This document shows positions 1 through 13,335 of a DNA stretch of 64,000 nucleotides, piece by piece. The DNA is taken from the NCBI GenBank assembly GCA_951406725.2, contig OX597829.1, forward strand, positions 54,808,001 through 54,872,000, in the 5' to 3' direction. The notes below the pieces were generated by a model. The model did not search any database and was not told where the DNA came from. It worked only from the letters and a program-made list of their open reading frames with translations. Position numbers and translations under genes: made by a program. This stretch comes from Octopus vulgaris. Taxonomy: Eukaryota. Positions within the stretch are counted from its first letter, which is position 1, and each line of letters begins with the position of its first letter.

Positions 1-653
1 GGTAACTATTTCGTAAAGGACCCGTTCGCAAGTTTTTGTTTTCTTTTCCAGGTTCTTTCGCATTCTTTCGATGAACCTCAATCTTCCTCATCTTGATATT
101 TTCACAGAGAAATATCGGTGGGTCCTTTATCGCAAAAAGCTGTTACGCGGTAGCAAAACGTGCTAGAAATACCAGCCAAATTCTTTCCTTTTCTGTAGAA
201 AGGAGCTGTATACGCGTGATTTCGATGTCACATTCGTTGAAAGCATGTGAAATAACCTCGAAAAGAAAAAGAAACCCGCGAAACAAAACTCCCACCACCC
301 TCCCCTTTCTTTTCCGGGAAAAAGTGGTTTGTGGCAGGTTTGGTGGTCAGATACGTTGAATGCACTCAAAAAAAGTGTAGAAAAAAATTATTTCACACCG
401 AGGTACGAAATATTTATGGAAGTGTGTACAAAATTAGTTTTTAAACATCGAATGGCTGTGGGAGTCCACCAGAATAATATAGTGAACGAAGGGGTCCGCA
501 GATAAAAAAAAAAATGGTTGTGTCACTGGTCTAAAGCTTATCGAAGTCGAAGTAAATGACATCTATGTTGTAGCTCCCTAGCTAAGTATACGGAATGCCA
601 TCTAAGTGGTGCAGGGACTGTGATTGACAGTCTCTGTCACCGACGATTTTTCT

Positions 654-1011
654 CGAGGCACCCAGTGGTTAGGACAGCGGACTCGCGGTTTCGATTCCCA
701 GACCGGGCGTTGTGAGTGTTTATTGAGTGAAAACATCTAAAGCTCCACGAGGCTCCAGCAGGGGGTATTCGCGAACCCAGCTGTACTCTTTCACCTCAAC
801 TTTCACTTTTTCTTCCTGTTTCTATTGTATCTGTATTTCAGAGGGCCAGACTTGTCACATTCTGTGTCACGCTGAATCTCCCCCAAGAACTACCTTAAGG
901 GTACATGTGTCTGTGGAGTGCTCAGCCACTTGCACGTTAATTTCACGAGCGGGCTGTTCCGTTGAACGGATCAACTGGAACCCTCGTCTTCGTAAACGAC
1001 GGGGTGCCACA
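654..1011 (+). mobile_element. tRNA-derived SINE, family C
   Basis: A-box-like CCCAGTGGTTAGG and B-box-like GGTTTCGATTCCC. Colinear with the copy at 10351-10740. Confidence 0.8.
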
Positions 1012-1711
1012 ATATAATGCTATAATGTCTGTGCGATGGACTCTGCTGTCGACTGCGATGTGTATGCATCTATTGGCTGTTCGACCAGACAAGACACACT
1101 ATTCATTGAATTAGTGTGCGAAGAGTCTGAGTATTTCATAGACATAAGTACCCTTAACGTAATTCTTGGGTAGAATCAACGTGACACGGTGAGGCAAGGC
1201 TGTACCTTATATGCACACCCAACACTTATCACCAGTTTGACAAAGTGAAAGTGAAGCGTTAGCCCAAATTGTCTTCTCTTTTTTTTGAGTAAGTAGGTTG
1301 TTGTTTAAAGGGAATATGGTTGCTTCTAGCAACGGTTCGTTGTTGTGTAGCCTCGGCTGAGTTATATGTCATCCAAATCGATAAATCACCACATACATAA
1401 CTGTCTTCCTTGTTAAATAAGGTCACCGTTTAAAACAAAGACCATGCTACACTACACTGTGACATGCAGGGAAGAGTCTATGGAGTGCAGTGTGTTAATC
1501 TGTGAATGTTGCTCTCACTCCATTATCCAGTTTATTTCGGTGCACCCGTAATTTATGGTGATGACTACACAGTGGTATAGCATTTGCTTTGCCCGTCCTG
1601 TGCATTAACCAGTTACCCACTCCTTTAAACATACCTTAAAATACAACAAATCGCGTTCTATTCACCCCGCTAATATCACGTCCTGTTATTGTGTTCGCAG
1701 TTGAACTAGGG

Positions 1712-2248
1712 GGCGGAATTCTCTTTTAAGCACCCCATATGACTTCTCATAACTTGGGGGGGGGGGGGGGGATTTTCAGTAAAATTTTGCGAATTTGTCT
1801 TCTAAACACGGGAATTCATACAATTGTGAAAAAAAAAATTGTGTGTATGATTTAAGAGCGAGATAGCTAGTGTTTTTGCACATCCCACGACTACCTGATA
1901 CCTTCCTAGTTTCTTTGCCACTCTGACATGGATTAATGTTTTTCAATATATATTCCTTTTCTCCCTATAAATATATTTAATGGAATACTGATGCACTTCA
2001 AAGTGGTTCAATGTTGGGATTTAAGCCAAGTATTCGATCTGCCGTATTTTAAACTCCGGGAAAAAAAATCGAAAAAGGGGAAATTTTAGGATTCGTGGTT
2101 GGAGGGACGCTTTAAAAAAATTTCGTTTTTAATAATCGTCTGAATTCCCGTGTGTAGAATACAATTTCGCAAAAAATTCCTGAAAATTCCCCAAAATAGA
2201 AAAAAGGTTATGAGGGATTATATTGGGTACCTAAACCAGAATTCCGCC
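1712..2248. mobile_element. MITE with about 110-bp imperfect terminal inverted repeats
   Basis: GGCGGAATTC at the start and GAATTCCGCC at the end. 1712-1822 is an imperfect reverse complement of 2139-2248. No ORF. Confidence 0.7.
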
Positions 2249-3454
2249 TAAGTGGGAAAAGTTGACTCAATCAGAGCGCAACAGTTGTCATTTCCCAGCC
2301 CTTACTATTCAGTGGTGTGCATCCTAGTAGAGTGTTTGAGACCAGTGACTCTATTAAAATTGCTGCTATTTCCAAGATATAAACCACCCTGCTTTTATGC
2401 TTTGTTCAGGCTAAGAAATGGATAAATGTTTTTTTTTAAGGTGTTTGTAAGTGTGTGTGAACGGGTTGTTGGGCGTGGTTTTTAATGCTGTGACAGAGAC
2501 TGCAGGCATTACAATTCGGGAAACATCAAACTCAGCTTTTTGCATATCCAAGTGGCTTTACATTCTTGTGTTAATGTTTCGGTGCGTGCGTGTGTATAAA
2601 TTCTTGTGGTGCATAGCGTGCGATCTTTTTATTCTTCGAAGTTTATTGTGGTTTTGTTGCGAAGAGATAGCGGGGGTACAGGGTAGGATTGATAGATCAT
2701 GATGAATTTAATGTCTTGTTTGTACACCTTTGTATTTTTTATATTTCGCTCTTATGTTTGCACGTTTTTTGTATTTTTTTTTTATGGAGGTTGTGAGGAA
2801 GTTGTATGTAACTTTTAGTACCTTGTCTTTGGTGTTCTATGTTATTTCTTCTGGGAGTTGGTAGAAATCATGTCTTTTGACTTCTCATTCATAAATAAAG
2901 TACTACTCTATGGAGAACTTTTTGAACAGTTGTCCTCAAAACCCTTATATCAAGAGGATAAAAAGGAGTAGTGTTTGGGGTTTTTTAAAAGTATTTCTCT
3001 GTTTCATGCAATACAATTCTGAACAATTCAGAACAATTTTCTTCCAAAAATTTCAGTTTTCCCTCTCCCACTTTTACCTTCCCCTTGAGTGTAGGACTTC
3101 CAAGGAAGCTGTTCCAAAAATCTGCCTGCTTCTCCTCCTCAGCACCACCACCACCATCACCATCATCATCATCATCATCATTGGCAACCTGGCAGAATCG
3201 TTAGCATACCTGGCAAAATGCTTCGCAGTATTTCGCCTGTCTTTACATTCTTGTTTCAAATTCCATTAAGGTTGAATTTTTGAATTTGCCTTTCGTCCTT
3301 TCAGGCTTGATATAATAAGTACCAGTCAAGAACTGAACTCAATGAAATCAACTAGCTCCCTCTTGTCTTTATAGTAGAAGCGGTTATTATTATTAAAGTG
3401 GTGACCAGACCAAATTGTTATCATGTTGGTCAAAATGCTGAGTGGTATTTCTTG

Positions 3455-3682
3455 GGCGGTGAGCTGGCAGAAACGGTAGCACACTGGGCGAAATGCTTAG
3501 CAGTATTTTGTCTGCCGCTACGTTCTGAATTCAAATTCCGCCGAGGTCGACTTTGCCTTTTATCCTTTCGGGGTCGATTAAATAAGTACCAGCTACGCAC
3601 TGGCGATCGATGTAATCGACTTAATCTGTTTGTCTGTCCTCTCTGTGTTTAGCCCCTTGTTAGTAGTTAAAGAAATAGGTAT
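3455..3682 (+). mobile_element. tRNA-derived SINE, family A (Meta-domain-like)
   Basis: GGCGGTGAGCTGGCAGAA head, TTCAAATTCC B-box and GCCTTT.ATCCTTTCGGGGTCGAT..ATAAGTACCAG core. At least 10 further copies lie on both strands (e.g. 8685-8900, 33965-34185, 34847-35075, 48988-49204, 63103-63318, 63605-63815). Confidence 0.85.
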
Positions 3683-4024
3683 TTCTTGGGCCTTTTTGTC
3701 TTCTGAGTGCAAATGCCAATAAGGTCAAATTTACCTTTTGACATTCGTAAAATAAGCACTGGTCAAGCACTGAGGTTGATATAATCCACTTGTGCCCTCC
3801 TCTAAAATTGCTGGCTTAGTGCCGAAAATTAGAAAGAATTATTAAAAAGAAGGAGATGAAGGAATTATTAGTGAGAAGGAGATGGTGAATTTGGTTAAAG
3901 CAGCAATTTCTGGAGAATTGCAGGAAGATGTGTGTGTGTGTGTGTCTAATGTCATCATTGTATGAGACAGTGTGTATGTTTTGTGTGGAACATGAAAAAG
4001 TCATTAAGTTATAGGCTGAAATAA

Positions 4025-4413
4025 TCTTTTCTACTCTAGGCCTGAAATTTTGGGGGAGGGGCCAGTCAATTAGATTGACCTCAGTGCACAACTGGTACTT
4101 AACTTATCAATGTCGAAAGGATGAAAGGCAAAATCGACCTTAGCAGAGTTTGAACTCAGAACACAAAGACAGATGAAATACCTATTTCGTTACTACCCAC
4201 AAGGAGCTAAACACAGAGGGCACAAACAAGGACAGACAAATGGATTAAGTCGATTACATCGACCCCAGTGCATAACTGGTACTTAATTTATCAACCCTGA
4301 AAGGATGAAAGGCAAAGTCAACCTTGGTGGAATTTGAACTCAGAACGTAACGGCAGACAAAATATGGCTATGCATTTCGCCCGACGTGCTAACATTTCTG
4401 CCAGCTCGCCGCC
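4025..4413 (-). mobile_element. Two adjacent or nested family A SINE copies
   Basis: Reverse complement of the 3455 and 13106 copies, with the core occurring twice. Confidence 0.85.
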
Positions 4414-4551
4414 TTTATAGGCTGAAATAATGAGTGCAAAATGAGAGGATGATCCTTGTGGTTCTCCACTGAAGAAATTATAGGATCTGCAAGTATTGTT
4501 CTTGTGCATGGCATGAGCTTGGCTGTCTGACATCTTGTTTACTAACCAGAC

Positions 4552-4752
4552 TAACCCTTTAGCATTTAATCCCACCGTATCTGGCCCAAATATTCTACTT
4601 GTTTTATGTTTAAACTGACCACACCTACCCTACAATATCATTCTAAAAATATATAATCACAGCATTGAAATCTTGAAGCTACAAGATAATGTGTGATTAA
4701 ATGCAAGTAAATGAACCTTATATTTGACAAAGAATTCTAAATGCTAAGACAT
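4552..4752. mobile_element. Short MITE-like repeat with (T)TAACCCTT ends (piggyBac-like)
   Basis: TAACCCTTTAGCATTT at the start and AAATGCTAA near the end. A related copy lies in the opposite orientation at 9064-9275, and similar ends occur at 29038-29277. Confidence 0.45.
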
Positions 4753-4809
4753 TAGACATTAAGGGAGTGTTCAGTACATTTGCTGTTCTTTTTCTTTCTT
4801 TTTTTTTTA

Positions 4810-5520
4810 ATGAATGATGAGCAGAGAATGGAGTTGAAGGCTTTGTTAATATTAATAGGAATTAAAACATATTGTGTTGTTTTGTTTTGTTTTTTTGTTT
4901 GTCTTTTCCATTATTATGACAACCATGTATTTTTTGTGTTAAATTTGTTTGTAATGGGTGGCTGAATGTTGCAGTCTGAATCCATATTGTGATTTGGTGA
5001 ACAGAAAATGTGCAGAAGTGATGTAAAAAGATTAGTTTTAGAACTTCTGAAAATGTGCATAGGAGGGTGATGGGTTTGTGTGATGATACTTGGGCATTTG
5101 TTGGACTTCAGAATTGCAAGTTTTATCCAGCTTCCAGATTATGGGAATTTAACAATTTTCTAAGCCAAGTGTTATATGTTAGAGAATTCAGTGACTCCTT
5201 CAGGCTGTAGGTATTTAGTGTGTATGGATGTGGTTCAGTCTGGCCCTGAGGTCTTTGAGATTTTAGATTTCTCTGTGTCCTTTTCTGTTTCTGTTGAAAG
5301 AAGGGAATCAGACCCATGATCTAGATCAAAGGTACCTGCTATTCATTTTGTGTTTCTGCCTTTTTTGTGTAGCTTTTGGTGACTGATTTTCAAGAAATAT
5401 CTGCTAAGTCTGTTTGCCTGCTTTCTTGCAGGTATATTATTTGCCATTGTTGTGACATAGAATGTCGTATGACCATTGTTGCTGATGATAAGAATTTCTC
5501 CATATAATATTTTACTGTTG
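4810..5520 (-). pseudogene. Highly decayed non-LTR retrotransposon RT fragment
   Basis: Minus-strand frames give PITLLCTFSEVL, SQYGFRLQHS and INKAFNSI, which are relics of YRPIxLL, QxGFR and DxxKAFD. Confidence 0.55.
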
Positions 5521-6280
5521 GTTGACTCATACTTTTAACTTGTCAGATTGAACAATTAGGTTTTAATCAGTACACACATCATCATCATCATCGTTTAACG
5601 TCCGTTTTCCGTGCTAGCATGGGTTGGACGATTCGACACACTGAAAATATATTATCCCTGGATGGTGGCAGTAGTCTAATCGAGATTTTGGAGTTTTAGA
5701 ATAGCATTCCCTCAAAGACTCATATCTCACAGGAAATGAAAAGGGTTTATTTTTTACCTTGATTATTTTAGTATTCGTACAACAGAAATTACAATACTGA
5801 AGAAAAATTTTTTTTACATTTTTGCACCCAGGTTCATATAATTTTCCTTTCCCATGAAATATGGGACTTGATGGCCAGCTATTGTAAAATTTCACTGAGA
5901 TTTTTACATCTGTTAGCCTGTCCAATTTTTAGTGGTTTATTCTTGTACCACTCCTAACACTTTAGTAGACAAGAAAGATTGCAGTTCAGTAACGAACAAC
6001 AGCTTTAATACATCAGACGATCTTGGCCTAATTGTTTGCCAATAGTATTTTAGCTACAATCATTCAATTGTATGGCTCTGAATGGAAATTTCCATGAGTT
6101 TCTCACCAAAACATGGCTGTAAATTGAGATGAATGCCACACATTAGACAGAAGCAGCAGAAGTCGATAAGAAAACAAGTTTCTTGGTCACTACTCAACCC
6201 CAGGTTAAAAAGGAATCATTTGTCTACCATGAACACAGAATTTTCTTGCCTCTCACAGCATGAAGACATAGATATTTTTC

Positions 6281-6488
6281 CTAGCAAGTATGTAGTCATA
6301 TCTCTAGTAATAAAGGTTTATATAGATGCTTCTGGCATACAGCTTACCCTTGGCAGAAGTTTCTGTTTATATTTCTGTAAATAAATGGTTTCCTTGAAAA
6401 CATCAAATGAACTTGGTTTTGATATGGGTAACAGCACACCCAGAATCAGCCCTACCAATTATTCAACATCCATTTAATCAAGTTCCTA
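6281..6488 (+). repeat. 208-bp direct repeat, copy 1
   Basis: Ungapped match to 9411-9618 with 8 substitutions. Confidence 0.95.
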
Positions 6489-9410
6489 AAAGTATCTCTT
6501 AAGATCCTTTTTAATGTTACAGCAATTAGCATTGTTATTAGCATTATTAAGGTAATAATCAAGTATTTATGAAAGGAATCCAGCAAGTGTGATGCAAAAA
6601 ATATTGTTGATAGAAAGAGGGAGATAATTCTAAATGAAGTTCTGAAAATTTCACATTCTACAACTATTCCTTGAATTTGGTGCCTGACTATTCTTAATTC
6701 CATACAAGAATAGTTTTGCTTATAGTATCTCACTAATAGTTTCATTCAACACTTAGCATTTGTGATCTGCTATAATAGTTTCTAAATAAATTCCATAGAT
6801 TTTTTGGTTGTTATTTCAGGTAGCTTTGATCTTTATCCAGCAGTGCTATGGAAGAAGCACATCACTTAACTGGCTTTTAACATTTTTTTTTTTCTGAAAA
6901 TTTCATTGAAATTATATACTTCTAACATCAAAGACTATGACAATTGAAAAAAAATTTTTAATTTATTTTATCCTCACTTCTTACAACAATTATAACAACT
7001 CTGCCACAAATTTTTTCGAAGCTTTCAAATAAAAAATAAAAGAAAAAAGAAAGAGGAGAAAGAAAATGAAGGTCACACACAATGAATTGTATATTTTTCA
7101 TTTTGAAATATTTCTATTTCAAATTCTTGACTCTAGGATATTTGACAAAATTAATTATTTTGTTCATAACGACATTGGAATTATGGCATTAACAATCATT
7201 TGGAATAAACATTATTATCCAATGTTATCATTTGCATTCAATTTCTTGGATTTCAACAAAAATAAATTTTACAAACAAGTCATTTCACTTAAAAAAAGAA
7301 AATTTATTAATGAATCATTATGAATTTGATTAAAATATCTGGCATATTTCTATTTTATTTTCCACCATTCATGTTATTGTCTTAATTTGATAACAAATTA
7401 ATTTGATTTAAAAGAAAATGTTTCAGAGCTTTTACTGTCTGAAACAGATTTACTTTCTTTTTCAAAATAAAACAAACGGTAAATGTTGTCTATTTTGAAA
7501 TAAAAATTAAGCAGTTCACTATACTTTGTGTTGTTGTGAGAAAATATACATAACGTTTTCATTTTTGGCTTTTTTCTGAAATTTCTTTTTTTTTTTTTCA
7601 CTGTCTCAAAAATGCAAAAGAAGTCAAAAATGAAAAGGTTACAAGGAGGGGGATTTTAAAACTTCAACATCTTTTTTTATGTAGAATGTTGACTTTCCAA
7701 AACATAGAAATCTAGAATTCTTGAAAAAAGTTAATAAACAAGTTATAGCCAGATCAGTGATGCGTTTATTCCAAAACTCTGCTCATTCTTCATCTTTATT
7801 TTGCATTTGAATTTTTCTTTCTAAAGCTGAAGCTTCTTTCTATGTTTGATAAGTAAAACCAAACTAGCACACTAAATTCAACTCCTACTTTTTCAATCTA
7901 CCTTTTGTTGTTCATGTTTCCACCGAGCTGCGTATGTGACTGTGGACTACTATAAGACATGGAGGTTACAAATATTAAATATAAAAAAAGTCAACAGGGT
8001 CCCCATTGACAAATATTGTTCATTTGAAAAAGATGATAGTTTGCTAATCTAGACTCTGACTTTCCTTTTCTACTGGGACCATTACAATTGAATTTTATAC
8101 CCATTGCTAGAAAATGGTTTCAGGCCTGCCACTCCATTGGTTACAGTGATGAGGGTTCCAGTTGATCTGACCAATGGAACAGCCTGCTCATGAAATTAAC
8201 ATGCAAGTGGCTGAGAACTCCACAGACACACAACATACCCTTAACATAGATCTCAAGAAGATTCAGCATGACACAGAGTGTGACAAAGCTGGCCCTTTGA
8301 AATACAGTTGCTACACATTTTTGCCAGCTGAGTGGACTGGAGCAACATGAAATAAAGTGTCTTGCTTAAGGACACAACATGCTGATGGGAATCAAACTCA
8401 CAACCTTATAATCTTGAGGCAAAGTCCCTTAACCATTTATCCATGTGCACTCATTGGTTTCAGATTTAGGCCTATAAAAATGATTTCTAACATAGACACA
8501 AAGCCACACGTTTTGAGAGAAAGTTACAATCAATATAATCACCTACACTATTTGACTGCTGCTTATTTACATCAACACCAGAATGAAGAAAGACAAAGAC
8601 AACATCTGAGAAATGTAACTAAATACTTACTACAAAATACCCTGTCCCAACTCTGCCAATTTTGCCTTGCATCCATCATAATAATCCTTTCTACTATAAG
8701 CACAAGCCCTGGAATTTGGTGGGTGGGGTGGGGGAATCAATTACATTGACCCCAGTGTGTAACTGACACTTATTTAATCAACCCCGAAAGGATGAAAGGC
8801 AAAGACAACCTTGGCGGAATTTGAACTCAAAACATAAAGATAGACAGAATGCTGCTAAGCATTTTACCTGGTGTGCTAATGATTCTGCCAGCTTGCCTCC
8901 TTGCATCAATTGTAATAATAATAATAATAAAACTAAATCAGAACAAAATGTGGCATAGGGAGCTTTGATGTGGTACCTTGACCTCCTAGAATTCCTCATA
9001 TCACATCCCCTACTATCTTAAGAGAAAGAAAGATACATTAGACAATGTGGGTCCAGATATTCATTAACCCTTCAGCATTCAGATTAGTCTGTCATATGTA
9101 ATGTTTATTGATTCACATTGTTTTGAATTAATCCTGCCTTATTTCATAGCTTCCAGATTCCAGTTGCATGATCATTTGTAGAATGGTATTGTAGGGCAGA
9201 TATGAGAGGTTAGATCTGGTCAGTTCCAAGATAAAAAGGGTAGAATATTTGGGCTGGATATTATCAGTTTAAACTGACAATATCCAGTTTAATAAATTAT
9301 GTTCCAGGCTTAATGTATTTGTTCTATCAGAGTTAAACAACAACAATGCTTAACCAAAATACTGTCAGTGGGAAACTAATAGGGAAATCAAAGCTGGTCT
9401 CCAATCTTAA

Positions 9411-9618
9411 CTAGCAAGTATGTAGTCATATCTCTAGTAATAAAGGTTTATCTAGATGCTTTTGGCATACAGCTTACCCTTGGCAGAAGCCTCTGTTTAT
9501 ATTTCTGTAAATAAATGGTTTCCTTGAAAACATCAAATGAACTTGGTTTTGATATGAGTAACAACATACCCAGAATCAGCCCTACCAATTATTCAACATC
9601 CATTTGATCAAGTTCCTA
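9411..9618 (+). repeat. 208-bp direct repeat, copy 2
   Basis: Ungapped match to 6281-6488. Confidence 0.95.
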
Positions 9619-10350
9619 TGAGTGATAGAAACTGCAAAAGTTTAAACATTTGTTGAAATGGTTCTTATTAAAATTAGAAATAATTAAAATGTATTTAAAA
9701 ATGCAAAAAGAAAAAAATTAATTGCACATTGCAAATTGCGCTTGGCAATGAGATTACTTGGTGACCTCACTTCTGTGGTGCCACGTAAAAAGCAGCCAGT
9801 ACACTCTGTAAAATGGTTGGGATTAGGAAAGGCATTAGGCCTTAGAGACCATGTCAAAGCAGCAAGCAGTAGGGCTTGGTGTACTCCTCTGGCTTGCCAG
9901 CTCCTGCCAAACTGTCCAAACCATGCTAGCATGGACAGTGGACTTTGAATAATGATGGTGGTGGTAATGGCAGCAGCAACAGCAGTGGTATTGGTGGCAC
10001 TGCTGCTGCCACTCCACCATCCTTATCATCATCCTCCAAAGTCCATTGTCCATGCTAGAATGGCTTGGACAGTTTGGCAGGAGCTGGCAAGCCAGAGGAG
10101 TGTGCCAAGCTCTACAGCCTGCTTTGACATAGTTTCATGCGGTGGCATGCAAGCTAACATTCTATGTGCAGTGAACTAAAGCATGAAGAAAAAATATTAA
10201 GGAATTAAACAAACAGTTTCCTTTGAATGTAATGATTTACTGAATCGTAATCAAAGAGATAATAAAAATAGCAGCAGAAGGACAGCCATTGAAAGACAAA
10301 GAAGCCACCAGACAGAATGTCTTACAGCATTTAATTATATACTTTTATGT

Positions 10351-10740
10351 GGAGGTGCAATGGCCCAGTGGTTAGGGCAGCGGACTTATGGTCATAGGAT
10401 TGCAGTTTCGATTCCCAGATCAGGCGGGTGAGTGTTTATTGAGCGAAAACACCTACAGCTCCATTAGCCTACGGCAGGGGCGGGGAGGAAGGGAGCGGTC
10501 CCTGCTGTACTCTTTCACCACAACTTTCCCTCACTCTTTCTTCCTGTTTCTGTTGTACCTGTATTTCAAAGGGCCAGCCTTGTCACATTCTGTGTGTCAC
10601 CCTGAATCTCCTCGAGAACTGTGTTATGGGTAGACATGTCTGTGGAGTGCTCAGTCACTTGCACGTTAATCTCATGAGCAAGTTGTTCCACTGATCGTAT
10701 CAGCTGGGACCCTTGTCTTCCTAAATAAGGGAGTGTTGTA
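10351..10740 (+). mobile_element. tRNA-derived SINE, family C
   Basis: GGAGGTGCAATGGCCCAGTGGTTAGGGCAGCGGAC head. Colinear with 654-1011. Confidence 0.8.
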
Positions 10741-11621
10741 GTAATAGCCTTTTATGTTCTGGTGATAAGAAAGGTTGGATGTATGTGGGGGTGGGGTGGA
10801 GGAGTGTTATTAAAATAAGAACCAGGCCCATGATGAGTAGAATGGCTGAGGGTTGGGTTATATCCTTTCTCCAAAATTAGTGGTTGTGTGCCAAAGTTTA
10901 AACCCAATGCAAATTTTAGGTAGTTTTAGGAAGATGGGTTGGCAAAACTGATAATGTTTGCATTCTAAGTCATTTTATATTTTTAGTTTAGATGCTGCTG
11001 GTGGTAAATATACTTTCTATGGGTTGATAAAATAAACATTTTAATGTATATAGTATATATATAAAAAGTATATATAGTATATGATGTTAATGTATATAGT
11101 AATGTACTGCATCGTTTATGTTGATTATACACCCTAGCTTAGTCCACAAAGTTGCTATTGTAAGTTGGAAGATTCCTATCACAAGTTTTGATGAATGTAA
11201 GAAGTGTGCTATGCTTAAATATGAAAAATCTGTCCTACAAATTCTATTTATAGTTTTCAGATTTGTGCTTCTCTCTTGTTGGTGTATTACATCAGCTGGG
11301 AGATTCCTGCTTGGCAATCTAAGGGTTAGGAATGCTTTTTGAAGAAATGGTGTGAATAATGAGATCAAACTGATGTGTGGAAATGGGATGTTTCGTGTAG
11401 CAGTAATAAAGACTGCTGTATTTCAACCACCAATCCTTTACCTTGGTCAGATATATACAGGAGTCTAGGACATTTACCTACCCCCGTGGACAATAATAAT
11501 GATTTAAATCTTTTTAATATATTGGAGTGGGGGTAATTGTCCTAGTGGGTAGTTGTCGTCAGGGGGGATTTGTCCTATGGTGGTAATTGTCTTAGTGGGG
11601 TATTTGTCCTGATATGATATA

Positions 11622-11975
11622 CAGTTGTGGACAAAAGTTTGGAACATTTTTTAAAGCATTAAAATTGTTATACCTAAGTATAATTCGATTGAAATATATA
11701 CAATGTAGAGCTATACTTGCATAATAACTGATCCAATGGCTCAATATCTAGAAGATATTACCTTTCATCCTTTTAGGGTCAATAAATTAAGTGTTGATCT
11801 AATCAACTGGCCCCCTCTCCAAAAATTTCGGCCCTTGTACCTAGAGTAGAAAAGTATGTCTAGAAGAAAAAATAGACAAAATCAAAAATATAGTTCTAGG
11901 CCAAATTGCTTGCTTTTAATAAATAGAAGCTAGTACATTATGTATATGAAAATATGTCCCAAACCTTTGGCCATG

Positions 11976-11981
<6 letters not shown>
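11622..11981. mobile_element. Tc1-like MITE containing a SINE fragment
   Basis: TA-CAGTTGTGGACAAAAGTTTGGAACAT and ATGTCCCAAACCTTTGGCCATGACT form imperfect TIRs. Confidence 0.6.
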
Positions 11982-12031
<50 letters not shown>

Positions 12032-13105
12032 TGCGCGTGTGTGTGCACTGCTCTCTCATATCTTCACTTTGCACTATAGTGGTATAGATTGTTCAAACTA
12101 TAATTAAAAGCAGACTCCAATGGTTTGCTCCAAATGCTGACATGTAAAACATGGTGAACAATTATAAGAAATTGTCACCAATAAACTTATTAATGTATGA
12201 TTTCCTGATTCTGCTCATCACTCACTATATTAACCTCCACCTCTTTACTTTCCCCCTCACCCCCTTATAAAAGTATTCACTCTCTCATCCCCCTCCCCTG
12301 ACCCACTGTCTGTAGCCTCCCTTATACCCACCTTCTTATACCTTGACAGTTTGCCCTGGTACTCCACACTACATTCCTGTTATCTCCTTCACCCATCTAT
12401 CTTCTCTACAGCAAGACACTTGTACTTGTCCTTCTGTCTTACTTGAACATTTAAACACCTGACATAAAACCATCCATCCCCATCTTCCCCTCCCAAACAC
12501 TTCCTCTTTGTAGTAGGAGCTATTTTTCTCTTTTTATCTCTGTTCTTTTCTGTCTTGCAAATTACATGACAACCTCACTAGTGCTGGTGCCACATAAAAA
12601 GCACCCCAATACTACTTTGTAAAGTGGTTGGCATTAGGAAGGGCATCCAGCCATAATAACCAAGATAAGGATGATAATGGAGCCTGATGCAGCCCTACAG
12701 CTCACCAGTTCCCTTTCAAATTGTCCAACAGCATGGAAAGTGAACATTAAATAATAATGATGATGGTAGTGGTGGTGGTAGTGGCGGTGGCGGTGCTGCT
12801 GCTACACATTTTTGAACAGTTCATATTCTTATACTAAAACATTGTTAAATACAGTTAAAGATCATGGCAAAAAATTTGAAGGTTGTTCTTGTTAGTGTTA
12901 TCAGATTTGGTTTGGTTGTACACTGCCAAATAGCTTCAGGGAGATTCAGCATGGCATAGAATGTGACAAAGTTGGTCCTTTGAATTATGAGAACAACTCA
13001 ATTTTGGTAACTGAGTGGACTGGAGCAATGTGAAGTAATAAAGTGCCTTGCTCAAGAACACAATGCTGCTGTAGATCTGATCTATATTTTTTATTTTATA
13101 TATAA

Positions 13106-13335
13106 GGCGGCGAGTTGGCAGGAACGTTAGCACGCCGGGCGAAATGCGTAGCCGTATTTCGTCTGCCATTACGTTCTGGGTTCAAATTCCGCCGTGGTCG
13201 ACTTTGCCTTTCATCCTTTCGCGGTCGATAAATTAAGTACCAGTTACGCACTGGGGTCGATGTAATCGACTTAATCCGTTTGTCTGTCCTCGTTTATCCC
13301 CTCTGCATTTAGCCCCTTGTGGGTAGTAAAGAAAT
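13106..13335 (+). mobile_element. Young full-length family A SINE
   Basis: CpG-intact copy with A and B boxes, sitting in an AT-rich site with similar TATATTTTTT(A)TTTT flanks on both sides (TSD-like). Confidence 0.9.

Noticed and set aside
40-166. Acceptor-like TTTTCTTTTCCAG at 40-52 as a pepM exon
   Set aside because: Two frames stop within 15 codons and the third gives no recognisable peptide. It cannot be supported without transcript data.
6281-9618. LTR retrotransposon bounded by the 208-bp repeats
   Set aside because: No TG..CA termini, primer-binding site, polypurine tract, target duplication or gag-pol relic.
13106-13195. tRNA genes at SINE heads
   Set aside because: A and B boxes are present, but each continues into a conserved SINE body and tail and no complete cloverleaf is evident.
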